Below, piece by piece: positions 54,567 to 64,000 of a stretch of DNA of 64,000 bases. A program made the translations under genes and the position numbers. Each line of letters begins with the position of its first letter. Positions within the stretch are counted from its first letter, which is position 1. The notes beneath the pieces are model-generated. The model made no database searches. It was not told the origin of the DNA and saw nothing but the letters and a program-made list of their open reading frames with translations. Origin of the DNA: an uncultured Candidatus Actinomarina sp. (GTDB taxonomy: Bacteria > Actinomycetota > Acidimicrobiia > Actinomarinales > Actinomarinaceae); assembly GCA_902610815.1 (NCBI GenBank), contig CACLXG010000001.1:12775-76774 (forward strand). Direction: 5' to 3'.

Positions 54567-55813
54567 GTCTCAGCTTTATCTGATACTCCACTAATAATAA
54601 AATAAGAAATCACCAAGAGGATTATTAAAGAACCCATTGCAACATTCCTACCTAGATTTAAACTGTTCACTATAAATCCCCACAACAATGGACCTAAAAT
54701 GGTAGCAAATCTCCCAATTGTGGAATATAAACCATAAAATTCTCCTAAGTGTTCTTCAGGGCAAAGCCTTGTCATGAAAACTCTATCAACGGCAAAAATT
54801 CCACCAATATTAAATCCTCCTAGCACTCCAGTCACATAAATAAGCCACATTTGATTAAATTCTGTTGCAACAATAGCTAAAGATAATGAAATAATCCAAC
54901 AAGAAATACTAACTAAAATAAGCCTTCTAGGTCCATAGATATCTGCAGCTTTACCAAATACATAACCTCCAATTATGGAAACTATTATTGCTAACCCAAG
55001 TAATTCTTGACTTTCAGCTTCCGAAAATCCAGCTTCTTGAGTTAAATATATAGCAAGCAAGCCACTAATTAAAGTATTAATAGCATCAGCGTAAAAAAAC
55101 CTTCCAACTAAAAATCTGGTGAGTCCTTTGTATTCTCTTGTATGCTGCCATGATTTATATACTATTTGTAATGATTGAAGTACGCTAACTTTTGAATCTT
55201 TAGCAGATAGTATTTTTTCTTCTATAAATAAAAATGCAGGTATTGAGAATAATAAAAACAACAATGCTACAGCTCTAAATATTTCAATATAGCTGAAGCC
55301 ATTATTGACCAAAATTGTTGCAACTCCAAAACCAATTAATGAACCCACATATCCAAACGCAACCCCCAGTCCTGATATTTCCCCTCTTTTATTTTCATCA
55401 CTAACTGAAGTTATTAAAGCATCATAAACAACAGATCCTAAATTAAATCCAATTAAAGAAATAACAAAAAGGATTACAGAAGTTAAAACACTAAATGTTC
55501 CTAGAAAGAAAACTGCAAAGATACATATCAATGTAGTTACTAGTAGATACTTCTTTTTTCCATTTGAGCTATCAGATTTTATACCCAACCAAGGTCCTAA
55601 AATCGCAACTACGAGCATAGCAGAAGATGTTGCCCAACCTTGCTGCTGGTCCGTCCAGCCTTGTTCTTCAACCAACCAAACTGAAAAATATAAACCAGGA
55701 ATTACAAAAGCGTATAATGTATTTGCTAAATCAAATGTTAACCAAGATAATAAGCTTTTGGATTTAACTTCAGCTGGTGTTAGATTTTTAATGTAATTTG
55801 ATATGTTATTCAT
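54563..55813 (-). CDS. MFS transporter, UMF1/Atg22-like
   Basis: SW..FDLAN, VYDAL, SGLG.AFGYVG, GEFYGLY...GR. Confidence 0.88.
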   Translation of the reverse strand: MNNISNYIKNLTPAEVKSKSLLSWLTFDLANTLYAFVIPGLYFSVWLVEEQGWTDQQQGWATSSAMLVVAILGPWLGIKSDSSNGKKKYLLVTTLICIFAVFFLGTFSVLTSVILFVISLIGFNLGSVVYDALITSVSDENKRGEISGLGVAFGYVGSLIGFGVATILVNNGFSYIEIFRAVALLFLLFSIPAFLFIEEKILSAKDSKVSVLQSLQIVYKSWQHTREYKGLTRFLVGRFFYADAINTLISGLLAIYLTQEAGFSEAESQELLGLAIIVSIIGGYVFGKAADIYGPRRLILVSISCWIISLSLAIVATEFNQMWLIYVTGVLGGFNIGGIFAVDRVFMTRLCPEEHLGEFYGLYSTIGRFATILGPLLWGFIVNSLNLGRNVAMGSLIILLVISYFIISGVSDKAET

Positions 55814-56993
55814 TTAAGGACTTTATTGCAGCTTCAAGTCTCTCTAAGCCTTCTTCAAGATCTTCATCACTTAGAGCGTAGGATAATCTCATAAATCCTG
55901 GAGTTCCAAAAACTTCACCAGGTACAAACGCTATATAATAATTCTCTAACAACCACTCGCATAATTCTTCAGAAGAGCTCAAATTATTTTGTTCAGAACA
56001 GTAATAACTAACATTAATAAATAAGTAAAAGGCACCAGTACTTTCTACTACATTAAGATTTGGAATACTTTTAATTTTCTCGGTTGCAAATAGCCTCCTT
56101 CTATTAAAAGCTTTTTTCATTTCATTAGTTACCTCAAGCCCATTAAGTAGTGCCGCTTCTGCAGCTAATTGAGACACGTTAGAAACATTTGAGGTTGCCT
56201 GAGATTGAATTTTTTTTCCAAGCCCTATTACACTTTTATTCCCAATTAACCAACCGACTCTCCATCCTGTCATTGAGTATGACTTTGAAACACCATTTAC
56301 GATAATTGTATTTTTTAATTCAGGATCATATATTGCCGGTGAAGGAGATGTTTCTCCTTCATAAACTAAGTGTTCGTAAAGTTCGTCAGATAAAATCCAT
56401 AAATCGTTTTTGAATATCCATTCATAAATTTCTTCAGCCTCTCCTTTTGTATAAACTACTCCAGTAGGATTTGATGGGGAACACCAAACTAACATTTTTG
56501 TTTTTTCAGTTTTACTTTTTTCTAATTGTTCAACAGTGACTTTAAAATTATTGCTCTTTTCAGTTTCAATAAAGACAGGAGTTCCTCCAGCAATTTTTAC
56601 TGCTTCTGGATAAGTTGTCCAATAAGGAGCAGGTATGATGACTTCATCCCCAGGGTCTAATGTAGATAAAAATGCAGTGAGTATTGATTGCTTTCCACCA
56701 TTAGAAACAATTACATTATCTGAATTAATTTCAAATCCTGAGTAATTTTTTGTTGTTTTTGCAATTATTTGTCTTAGCGATTCAAGACCTGCTGCAGCAG
56801 AGTACTTGTGATTTTTAGGATCAGCCGCAGCTTTTATTGCCGCATCTACAACATAATCTGGGGAGGGAAAGTCTGGTTCTCCTGCACCAAATCCAATAAC
56901 TGGCTTACCTTGTGACTTCAATTCTCTTGATTTGTTTGAAATAGCCATTGTTCCAGAGGGCTTAATTTTTTGATCTAACTTTGAAATATCCAT
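55806..56993 (-). CDS. aspC: PLP-dependent class I aminotransferase (aspartate aminotransferase-like)
   Basis: GAGEPDF, NGGKQ, SPSNPTG, SDELY, VSKSYSMTGWRVG. Confidence 0.9.
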   Translation of the reverse strand: MDISKLDQKIKPSGTMAISNKSRELKSQGKPVIGFGAGEPDFPSPDYVVDAAIKAAADPKNHKYSAAAGLESLRQIIAKTTKNYSGFEINSDNVIVSNGGKQSILTAFLSTLDPGDEVIIPAPYWTTYPEAVKIAGGTPVFIETEKSNNFKVTVEQLEKSKTEKTKMLVWCSPSNPTGVVYTKGEAEEIYEWIFKNDLWILSDELYEHLVYEGETSPSPAIYDPELKNTIIVNGVSKSYSMTGWRVGWLIGNKSVIGLGKKIQSQATSNVSNVSQLAAEAALLNGLEVTNEMKKAFNRRRLFATEKIKSIPNLNVVESTGAFYLFINVSYYCSEQNNLSSSEELCEWLLENYYIAFVPGEVFGTPGFMRLSYALSDEDLEEGLERLEAAIKSLNE

Positions 56994-57060
56994 ATTTTTC
57001 TCAACGCTATTTTAATAAAGTTATCTAGTAAGTATGTTTCATAATTATTAAACTATTAAA

Positions 57061-57900
57061 ATGGAACAAATACTTTTTGGCGCACCTGTTGCAGAGCAAC
57101 TCGATGAAATCAGTAAAAATGTTTTTCAAGAATACAGCAAAGATAATAAGAAACCTCACCTGACTGCAATTACAGTGGGAGATAATCCAGCTTCTTTGTT
57201 ATACGTCTCGCGTAAACAAGAAAAAGCATTAGATCTTGGAGTAGAATTCAATTGGTTAAAACTAGATACTAACACTTCTCAAGAAACTTTTGAGGAAGTT
57301 ATATCTGAAGAGTCAAAAGCTACTGATGGCTTAATAATTCAGCTTCCACTCCCAAGCCATCTGAATCCCGAAGAAGCAATTAACTGTATTCCTTATGATA
57401 TTGATGTAGACGGATTAACGTCTTACAATCTTGGAAGTTTGTTTTCTGATACATACAAGTTAATACCAGCAACTTCACTTGCAGTATTGGAATTATTAAA
57501 TTTTTACAATATTCAAACGGAAGATAAGAACATAGTTATTGCTGGAAGGTCAAGGCTGGTATCAGCACCATTGGCTAAAATTTTGTCATCAAAAAGTTAC
57601 AATGCTAATGTTTCAATCATTCACAGTAGGACTACAAATCAAAAATTATTTACAAAAGAAGCAGATATTTTTATATCCGCAATAGGTTCAGCAAAAATGT
57701 ACGATAGTGCTTTCTTTAAAAACGGAGCAACAATTATTGATATTGGAATATCTTCAGTTGATGGTAAAACATATGGAGATATCGACACAAATGGAATAGG
57801 TGAGGTAATTAGTGCAAGAGCACCATTTCCAGGTGGTGTTGGCCCAATTACAGTATCTGCTTTATTTTTTAACCTATCAAGATTAATTCAAACTAACTAG
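57061..57900 (+). CDS. folD: Bifunctional methylenetetrahydrofolate dehydrogenase/cyclohydrolase
   Basis: VGDNPAS..YV..K, QLPLP, DVDG, GRS.LV..P, PGGVGPIT. Confidence 0.94.
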   Translation: MEQILFGAPVAEQLDEISKNVFQEYSKDNKKPHLTAITVGDNPASLLYVSRKQEKALDLGVEFNWLKLDTNTSQETFEEVISEESKATDGLIIQLPLPSHLNPEEAINCIPYDIDVDGLTSYNLGSLFSDTYKLIPATSLAVLELLNFYNIQTEDKNIVIAGRSRLVSAPLAKILSSKSYNANVSIIHSRTTNQKLFTKEADIFISAIGSAKMYDSAFFKNGATIIDIGISSVDGKTYGDIDTNGIGEVISARAPFPGGVGPITVSALFFNLSRLIQTN

Positions 57901-59197
57901 CAGCCCACTCCTCTTCGCTAATTCTTTTGTCCATATCTACTTTTCTAAGAAGCAATGCTCCAATTAAGAAAAAAGATGTAATGACTGGAAGCGAAAGCCT
58001 TGGGTTTCCAGTCGAGGCACTGACATATGCATAAATTAATGGACCCCAGATAGCTGAAAATCTAGAGAGGACTGAAAAGAATCCCATAAATTCTCCCTCA
58101 GCACCCTTTGGCAACATAGCTGCATAAACACTTCTACTGACAGACTGAAGTCCACCCATTCCCATAGCTGTAATAATGCCCATGATGATTACAGGGATTA
58201 GTTGCTTTTCTGGAACAATGTAACCAGCATTACCCACTAGGAAAAGTAAAAACATTGTGTAATATAACACATTTTTTTGACCAATTTTAGTAGCAAGATT
58301 TCCAGCTAGTTTTGCACCAAAGTAAGCAACAAACTGAACAACTAAGAATACGATCAGTACTTGGGTCTGGTCCAAAAGCAGAACTTCTGTAAAGAATGCT
58401 GCTGACATATTAATTAATGTTTGCAAGCCATCCCAGAAAAATATGTAGGCAACCAAAAAGTAAAGTAAAAAAGGAAATTTTCTAATTTTTTTCAAAGTCG
58501 TAAAATTCCTACTATAAGCTTCTGATATAGAACCTTTTCCAGAACCTGATCTTGTCTCGACTATGTTCATTCTTGAAAAACTAAATACTGAAAATACAAG
58601 CCACCACAGACCAGCTAATGAAATTGCTATCCTTGAAGCTAAAGCGGCATCTATCCCGAGTAGGTCTGGACCAAGTAGTATTATTGCGAATGATAAAATT
58701 AGCTGGGTTCCACCACCAAGATAACCAAGTGCATAACCTCTTGCAGAAACTGCATCAATAGTATCATCGGTTGTTATATCTTTCAGAACACTGTCGTAAA
58801 AAACATTTGAACCTGTAGCGCCAAATTGAGCTAAAAAGTAAATCACTAATGTCAATATGACATCACCTGATGTTGCAAAGTAAAATGAAGATGCAAAAAC
58901 AGCACCTCCATAAGCAAATATCTTAAATAATTTCATTCTGCTACCAGACATATCAGCAATTGCACCAATTGTTGGCATTATGAGAAAAAATATGAATAAT
59001 GCAGAACCAATAGCAAAGCCCCAGACTTCTGCTCCGGTATATACATTACCTCTGAAGACAAAGCCTTCTTCTGGTACAACAACACTTACAAAGTAAACAG
59101 GTAAAACAGCCCCAAGAGTAGTAGTTTCATATGCTGATTTGGCCCAATCATACATTGACCAGCCAAAAATGGTTCTTTTGTTATTTTTTTCGTTCAT
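57893..59197 (-). CDS. MFS transporter, UMF1/Atg22-like
   Basis: GWSMYDWAKSAY, NVFYDS, SARGYALGYLGG, SRSVYA, EFMGFF. Confidence 0.9.
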   Translation of the reverse strand: MNEKNNKRTIFGWSMYDWAKSAYETTTLGAVLPVYFVSVVVPEEGFVFRGNVYTGAEVWGFAIGSALFIFFLIMPTIGAIADMSGSRMKLFKIFAYGGAVFASSFYFATSGDVILTLVIYFLAQFGATGSNVFYDSVLKDITTDDTIDAVSARGYALGYLGGGTQLILSFAIILLGPDLLGIDAALASRIAISLAGLWWLVFSVFSFSRMNIVETRSGSGKGSISEAYSRNFTTLKKIRKFPFLLYFLVAYIFFWDGLQTLINMSAAFFTEVLLLDQTQVLIVFLVVQFVAYFGAKLAGNLATKIGQKNVLYYTMFLLFLVGNAGYIVPEKQLIPVIIMGIITAMGMGGLQSVSRSVYAAMLPKGAEGEFMGFFSVLSRFSAIWGPLIYAYVSASTGNPRLSLPVITSFFLIGALLLRKVDMDKRISEEEWAAS

Positions 59198-59363
59198 ATC
59201 CCCCCTTATATAAAACTTTAATCAAATAAATTGAATGATGAAGAATAGAAACTTAAATTTAATAAATTTACACACTATATTTAATATGTCTTTAATTTAT
59301 TGAAAGTATTTATTTGTATTTTGCTTTTAAAACAAAGGTATTTAAAAAAAAGGATAATAATAT

Positions 59364-60455
59364 ATGGGGTTTAAATGCGGTATAGTAGGTCTGCCGAATG
59401 TAGGAAAGTCGACACTATTTAATGCTTTAACACAGGCTGGTATTGAGTCTGCAAATTACCCTTTCTGTACAATTGAACCAAATATTGGCGTTGTACCTGT
59501 AAATGACATTCGGTTAGGTCAATTAGCCAAAATTGTAAATCCAAAAGAAATTATTCCCACTTCAATGGAATTTGTAGACATTGCTGGTCTTGTTGAAGGA
59601 GCTTCCAAAGGGGAAGGTTTAGGTAATCAGTTTTTAACTAATATTCGAGAAACTGATGCAATCGTCCATGTTGTTCGAGCTTTTGAAAATGAAGATATCG
59701 TTCATGTCTCTGGAAAGGTATCTCCAAAAGACGATATAGAAATTATTAATACAGAGTTAGTTCTTGCCGATTTAAGCACAGTTGAAAATCTGTATCAGAA
59801 AGCTGTAAAAGGCACAAAAGCAGGTCAAAAAGAAGGTCTACCATTAAAAAATTTACTTGAAAAGATCTTACCCGTTCTTGAGGAAGGTAAGTCATTAAGA
59901 ACAGTTTCATTTAACGAAGAAGAACAGAAACTATTAAAAGGTTTTCAACTTCTAACAATTAAACCTGTTTTGTATGTTGCGAATGTTAATGAAGATGGAT
60001 TTGAAAGTAATCCATTTTTAAAGCATATATATGATTTAGCTAATGAAGAAGGTTCAGAAGTTGTTGCAATATGTGCTGAACTTGAAGCTGAAATTTCTGG
60101 ATTAGCAAATGAAGAAAAAATTGAATTTCTCAAAGAACTTGGTCTTGAAGAATCTGGCCTTGATAGGTTGACTAGGGCTGGATACAAATTATTAGGTTTA
60201 CAGACTTATTTTACTGCTGGAGAAAAAGAGGTACGTGCTTGGACAATAAATGTTGGAGATAGTGCACCAAAAGCGGCTGGTAAAATACACACTGATTTTG
60301 AGAGGGGATTTATCAGAGCAGAAACAGTAACCTTTGATGATTATATTAAAAATAACGGAGAAAAAGGGTCAAAAGAAGCAGGCAAGCTAAGATCTGAAGG
60401 TAAAGAATATATTGTTAAAGATGGTGACGTCATTCACTTTTTATTCAGTGTTTAG
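59364..60455 (+). CDS. ychF: Redox-regulated ATPase YchF
   Basis: [40 protein letters not shown] domain [12 protein letters not shown]. Confidence 0.98.
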   Translation: MGFKCGIVGLPNVGKSTLFNALTQAGIESANYPFCTIEPNIGVVPVNDIRLGQLAKIVNPKEIIPTSMEFVDIAGLVEGASKGEGLGNQFLTNIRETDAIVHVVRAFENEDIVHVSGKVSPKDDIEIINTELVLADLSTVENLYQKAVKGTKAGQKEGLPLKNLLEKILPVLEEGKSLRTVSFNEEEQKLLKGFQLLTIKPVLYVANVNEDGFESNPFLKHIYDLANEEGSEVVAICAELEAEISGLANEEKIEFLKELGLEESGLDRLTRAGYKLLGLQTYFTAGEKEVRAWTINVGDSAPKAAGKIHTDFERGFIRAETVTFDDYIKNNGEKGSKEAGKLRSEGKEYIVKDGDVIHFLFSV

Positions 60456-60545
60456 ACTTAAAAGCACATATTTAATGGTTATTTAAATAAAAAGCTTTAC
60501 AAAGAAGTTCTTTAACTAAAATGAAAATATAGGATAATAAAACTC

Positions 60546-61949
60546 TTGAAAGTAATAATTGTAGGCGCACACGGTGAAGCAAAAGAGCTAATAAATAGAA
60601 TTAGTTCTGGATGGTCAATATCTGTTATTGATTTAGATCAAGATAAATTAAGAAACTTTAGTACAAATAGGCAAATAGAAAAAATACAGGGAGATGCAAC
60701 TTCATCTTTAGTTTTAAAAAAAGCAGGATTAGAAAGTACGACTGCAGTTATAACGCTTACATTAAATGATGAAGTAAATTTAGAAGTACTAAAAATTGCA
60801 AAACAAAATAATATTTTTAGATTATCTTCAGTTGTCAACGAAGCTTCAAATGCTGATAGTTACAAAAATCTTGGAGCAGAAGTAGTAGAGCCCGATATTC
60901 TTCTTGCTAGAAGGTTTGAACATATTTTAGAACCAAGGAGAGTTGTTTCACAAGCATTTGCTGGTGGAAGAGCTGAAGCGATAGAAATTGAAATTAGCTC
61001 TGACAGCCCAGTTAGAGGTAAGAAGTTAAAAGAAATTGGATCTGATTATTACATTGTTGGAGCTTTACTAAGAAAAGGAAAGGTAATTATTCCACATGGT
61101 GACACCGAAATCGAAACAGGTGATCTTGTAACTATCGTTTTACAATCAGGTGCATTCTCAAACGTAATTAATTTATTTTCAGGATCGGAATCAAGATATC
61201 CTTTAGAATATGGAAAAAATATTCTTGTAGTTCTGGAAAATAAAGACAATTTAAAAAATTTATCTGAATCTGAATTTTACACTAGAAATACAAAAGCAAC
61301 CTCTTTAATGGTTTTAACCAAAGAAGATTTATTTGATAATAATCTTGAGTCAACAGATGAAACCTTTAAAGCTATTTTGAAAGATCAAGAGTTTGAAATG
61401 ACTTTAAAAAATAAAATTTCTAATAAAGATATCGAAAACATAGTTACAGAAGGCTCTATTGGAACTATTTTTTATCCTCTCGAAGAAGGAATATCAAAAG
61501 CAAAAATTAAATCATTAATAAACATATCTAATAAAACTAAGACCCCTGTACTATTTTCAAAATCAACATACCCTTACAAAACGATTGGAATACTTGTCAA
61601 TAATGATTTTGGTGAAAACACTTCAAATTCTATAGCATTTGATTTAGCTTCTTCTTTATCCGCTTCTTTGATTGCGGTCAACGTATCACAACCAAAATTT
61701 TTGCAATCTGATGATGCTGCAAAGCTCACCGATTCCTTAGAAAAAATGCAGGACTTAGCTTTGTCTTATGAAGTTCAATTAGATTTTGTAAATCATGAGG
61801 GAAATGAAGCTAAAATCTTTTCTGATTTATCTTCTAAATTTGACCTTTCAATTATTGGAAATGGGAAAAACCAATCATGGCAAAGTAAGAAAACAACAGA
61901 ATTCATATCTAATAATTCAAAATCTTCTGTTTTATACATACCAAGTTAA
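60546..61949 (+). CDS. TrkA/RCK-domain protein with C-terminal USP-like region
   Basis: N-terminal Rossmann fold (VIIVG, GDAT, DEVN), TrkA_C (SPVRGKKL, R.G..IIP.GDT.I..GD), C-terminal tandem alpha/beta region ending SSVLYI. Confidence 0.8.
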   Translation: MKVIIVGAHGEAKELINRISSGWSISVIDLDQDKLRNFSTNRQIEKIQGDATSSLVLKKAGLESTTAVITLTLNDEVNLEVLKIAKQNNIFRLSSVVNEASNADSYKNLGAEVVEPDILLARRFEHILEPRRVVSQAFAGGRAEAIEIEISSDSPVRGKKLKEIGSDYYIVGALLRKGKVIIPHGDTEIETGDLVTIVLQSGAFSNVINLFSGSESRYPLEYGKNILVVLENKDNLKNLSESEFYTRNTKATSLMVLTKEDLFDNNLESTDETFKAILKDQEFEMTLKNKISNKDIENIVTEGSIGTIFYPLEEGISKAKIKSLINISNKTKTPVLFSKSTYPYKTIGILVNNDFGENTSNSIAFDLASSLSASLIAVNVSQPKFLQSDDAAKLTDSLEKMQDLALSYEVQLDFVNHEGNEAKIFSDLSSKFDLSIIGNGKNQSWQSKKTTEFISNNSKSSVLYIPS

Positions 61950-61952
61950 TTT

Positions 61953-63101
61953 ATGGAAGAGTTTGAAGCAGTATCCCTAGTCATTATTTCCTTAGGTGCA
62001 TTTATCTTGCCACTCGTAGGTCAAAGAATAAAGATACCTGGCATTGTACTTGAGATAGCTTATGGGATTACAGTCGGACCAGTCTTAGGGTGGGTTGATT
62101 CGTCAGAATTCATTTCTGGTCTTGCAATACTTGGCTTTTTACTATTGATGTTTTTGTCAGGGTTTGAAATTGAGTTAGACACTTTCCGCGAAAAAGGTTT
62201 AAGAACTCTAGCGCTCCCAATGTCAATCTATCTTCTTACTGTTATAACTTCTTTTTATTTGATTTCTACTTTGGGATATCCAATTTTCCTTGCTTTGGTT
62301 CTGTGCACAACAAGTGTTGATATAGTGATAACTATTTTGAGAAGTGATGGAACGATTAAAACAAAATATGGGCAGACTTTGTTTATGGTCGCTTTACTTG
62401 CAGATATATTGACTTTATTGGCAGCTACTGTTTATGCATCTTTTATAAATGCTGGAGGATTGTCTATTTCAAACCTTAATGTCGTCCTTTATTTTGTAGT
62501 AGTAATCATGTTATTAAGAATTATTAGAAGAGTTGCTTGGTGGAATCCTCAACTATTTTCTAGAATGTTTGACGGAAACGACCCGGATGAGTTGGGAATA
62601 AGAAGTTCTATAGCCCTTATGTTGATACTTGTTGGAGTTTCAGTATTTTTTGATATAGAACCAATACTTGGTGCATTCTTAGCTGGAACAATTTTCGCTT
62701 TCACATTTTCGAATAGGGGAACTTTAGAAAGTAGCTTAAAAGGATTTTCTTATGGATTTTTAATACCTATCTTTTTTATAAACATTGGATTAAATTATGA
62801 CATTAGTGTTTTTTCTGAAACACAATTTTTTGTCGAAGTTGGGTATCTATTCTTGATTGCGGTTGGAGTTAAGTTCATCCCTTCTCTTCTACTCGTTTTC
62901 TCAAAGATAAAATTCAGAGATATGCTTGCAGGAGGATTTTTACTTTCAGCTAGATTTAGTCTAATTATTGCAATGGCAGAAATAGGTGTTCATCTAGATT
63001 TAATTTCAAAAGAATTAGAGCAACAGATAATTCTTTTAGCAGTAATAACAGCAACTTTCTCACCAATTTTATTCAGATTAGTAAGATCCCAAACAAAATA
63101 A
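61953..63101 (+). CDS. Cation:proton antiporter (CPA2/Kef-like)
   Basis: IP..V.EI..G..GP, LMFLSGFEI, ILGAFLAG, GFLIPIFFI.IG. Confidence 0.92.
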   Translation: MEEFEAVSLVIISLGAFILPLVGQRIKIPGIVLEIAYGITVGPVLGWVDSSEFISGLAILGFLLLMFLSGFEIELDTFREKGLRTLALPMSIYLLTVITSFYLISTLGYPIFLALVLCTTSVDIVITILRSDGTIKTKYGQTLFMVALLADILTLLAATVYASFINAGGLSISNLNVVLYFVVVIMLLRIIRRVAWWNPQLFSRMFDGNDPDELGIRSSIALMLILVGVSVFFDIEPILGAFLAGTIFAFTFSNRGTLESSLKGFSYGFLIPIFFINIGLNYDISVFSETQFFVEVGYLFLIAVGVKFIPSLLLVFSKIKFRDMLAGGFLLSARFSLIIAMAEIGVHLDLISKELEQQIILLAVITATFSPILFRLVRSQTK

Positions 63102-63104
63102 TTT

Positions 63105-64000
63105 ATGAAAATTAAACCTGATTTGTATTTAAAAGGTGTCTTTATGGGTATCGCTGAAATTATACCTGGAGTTTCTGGTGGAACAATAGCCTTCATAACA
63201 GGTATTTATGAAGAGCTAATAAATTCGATAAAATCTATTAATACAAACACATTGAAGTTACTTGTAACCTTCAAATTTTCGGCATTTTGGAGAGCAATAA
63301 ACGGAACTTTTTTGATTACTTTAATTTTCGGAATGCTGACCTCAATTTTGGTTCTTTCAAGATTTATTGTTTATTTACTAAATGATCATCCTTTTAAAAT
63401 TTGGGGATTTTTCTTTGGTTTAATAATTGCTTCTGGGATATTAATTTTTTATCAAATTCAGAGAGTAAGTAGTACCGTTTTTCTTTCATTTTTAATAGGA
63501 CTTATGATTTCATCATCTATAGCTCTCCAAGCCCCATCTAATACTCCAAACACAAATTTTTATATATTCATGTCGGGCGCAATTGCAATTTCTGCAATGA
63601 TTCTTCCAGGTATAAGTGGATCTTTTATTCTTGTGTTTTTATCAAAATACGAATTTATATTGAAAGCTTTGAATAGTTTTGATACCGCAGTTATATCTAT
63701 ATTTTTAGCTGGATGCATAGTTGGTTTAGTTACATTTAGTAGAGTTTTTTCGTACCTTTTTAAAAAATATAATGATGTTGTTATCAGTGTTCTTATAGGA
63801 TTTCTTGGTGGTTCATTATTTAAAATTTGGCCTTTTTATGAAGTTTTAGAGTATAACTTAGCTAATGAGCCTATTTATACATCTCCAATTTTACCGACAG
63901 CCAGCCAAAGTAATGACTTGGTATTCTTTTTTACATTTGGAGTAATTGGATTCCTCGGCATGTGGGTTATAGAAAAGAAATTTATAGGTCTTAATAAAGA
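63105..64000 (+). CDS. DUF368-family membrane protein, 3'-truncated by the window edge
   Basis: Read directly (absent from the ORF track): MKIKPDLYLKGVFMGIAEIIPGVSGGTIAFITGIYEELI and SAMILPGISGSFIL; frame is open at the window end. Confidence 0.9.
   Translation, partial: MKIKPDLYLKGVFMGIAEIIPGVSGGTIAFITGIYEELINSIKSINTNTLKLLVTFKFSAFWRAINGTFLITLIFGMLTSILVLSRFIVYLLNDHPFKIWGFFFGLIIASGILIFYQIQRVSSTVFLSFLIGLMISSSIALQAPSNTPNTNFYIFMSGAIAISAMILPGISGSFILVFLSKYEFILKALNSFDTAVISIFLAGCIVGLVTFSRVFSYLFKKYNDVVISVLIGFLGGSLFKIWPFYEVLEYNLANEPIYTSPILPTASQSNDLVFFFTFGVIGFLGMWVIEKKFIGLNK

Noticed and set aside
59258..59304. Imperfect inverted repeat AATAAATT/AATTTATT
   Set aside because: All A/T within a very AT-rich spacer; expected by chance

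Overview
AT-rich (roughly one-third GC by eye), very densely packed bacterial chromosome segment with many ATGA/TAATG gene overlaps. Gene content and order indicate a streamlined, probably marine actinobacterium, consistent with Ca. Actinomarina/Acidimicrobiia (inference, not a database result). Supporting features are prfA-prmC-tsaC-glyA-atp, an MshB/Mca-type deacetylase, RegX3/SenX3-like regulators, NiSOD sodN/sodX, CofC/FbiD, Asp-type MurA, gltX followed by Glu/Gln tRNAs, and GlnR- and PhoP-type 11-bp boxes. Most of the window is housekeeping: F1Fo ATP synthase, Pst/Pho, korAB, amtB-gltB, deoC-ALDH, iscS-mnmA-ligA, dapDE-gatCAB, ilvE, gltX, pyk, folD. No CRISPR array, transposase, integrase or prophage was seen. 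The most notable observations are: (1) two structured intergenic RNA-like elements, one between amtB and gltB and one between pgl and an EamA gene, each with a long closing stem and an internal sequence exactly complementary to a downstream Shine-Dalgarno-like site; (2) a double-domain PstS containing patches of perfectly identical DNA, paired with a histidine kinase that has no sensor domain; (3) a small Cys/His-rich protein coupled to the NiSOD maturation protease; (4) a deoC + full ALDH + truncated ALDH cluster resembling a split ALDH16; (5) a possible change of phylogenetic origin at about 59.3 kb.
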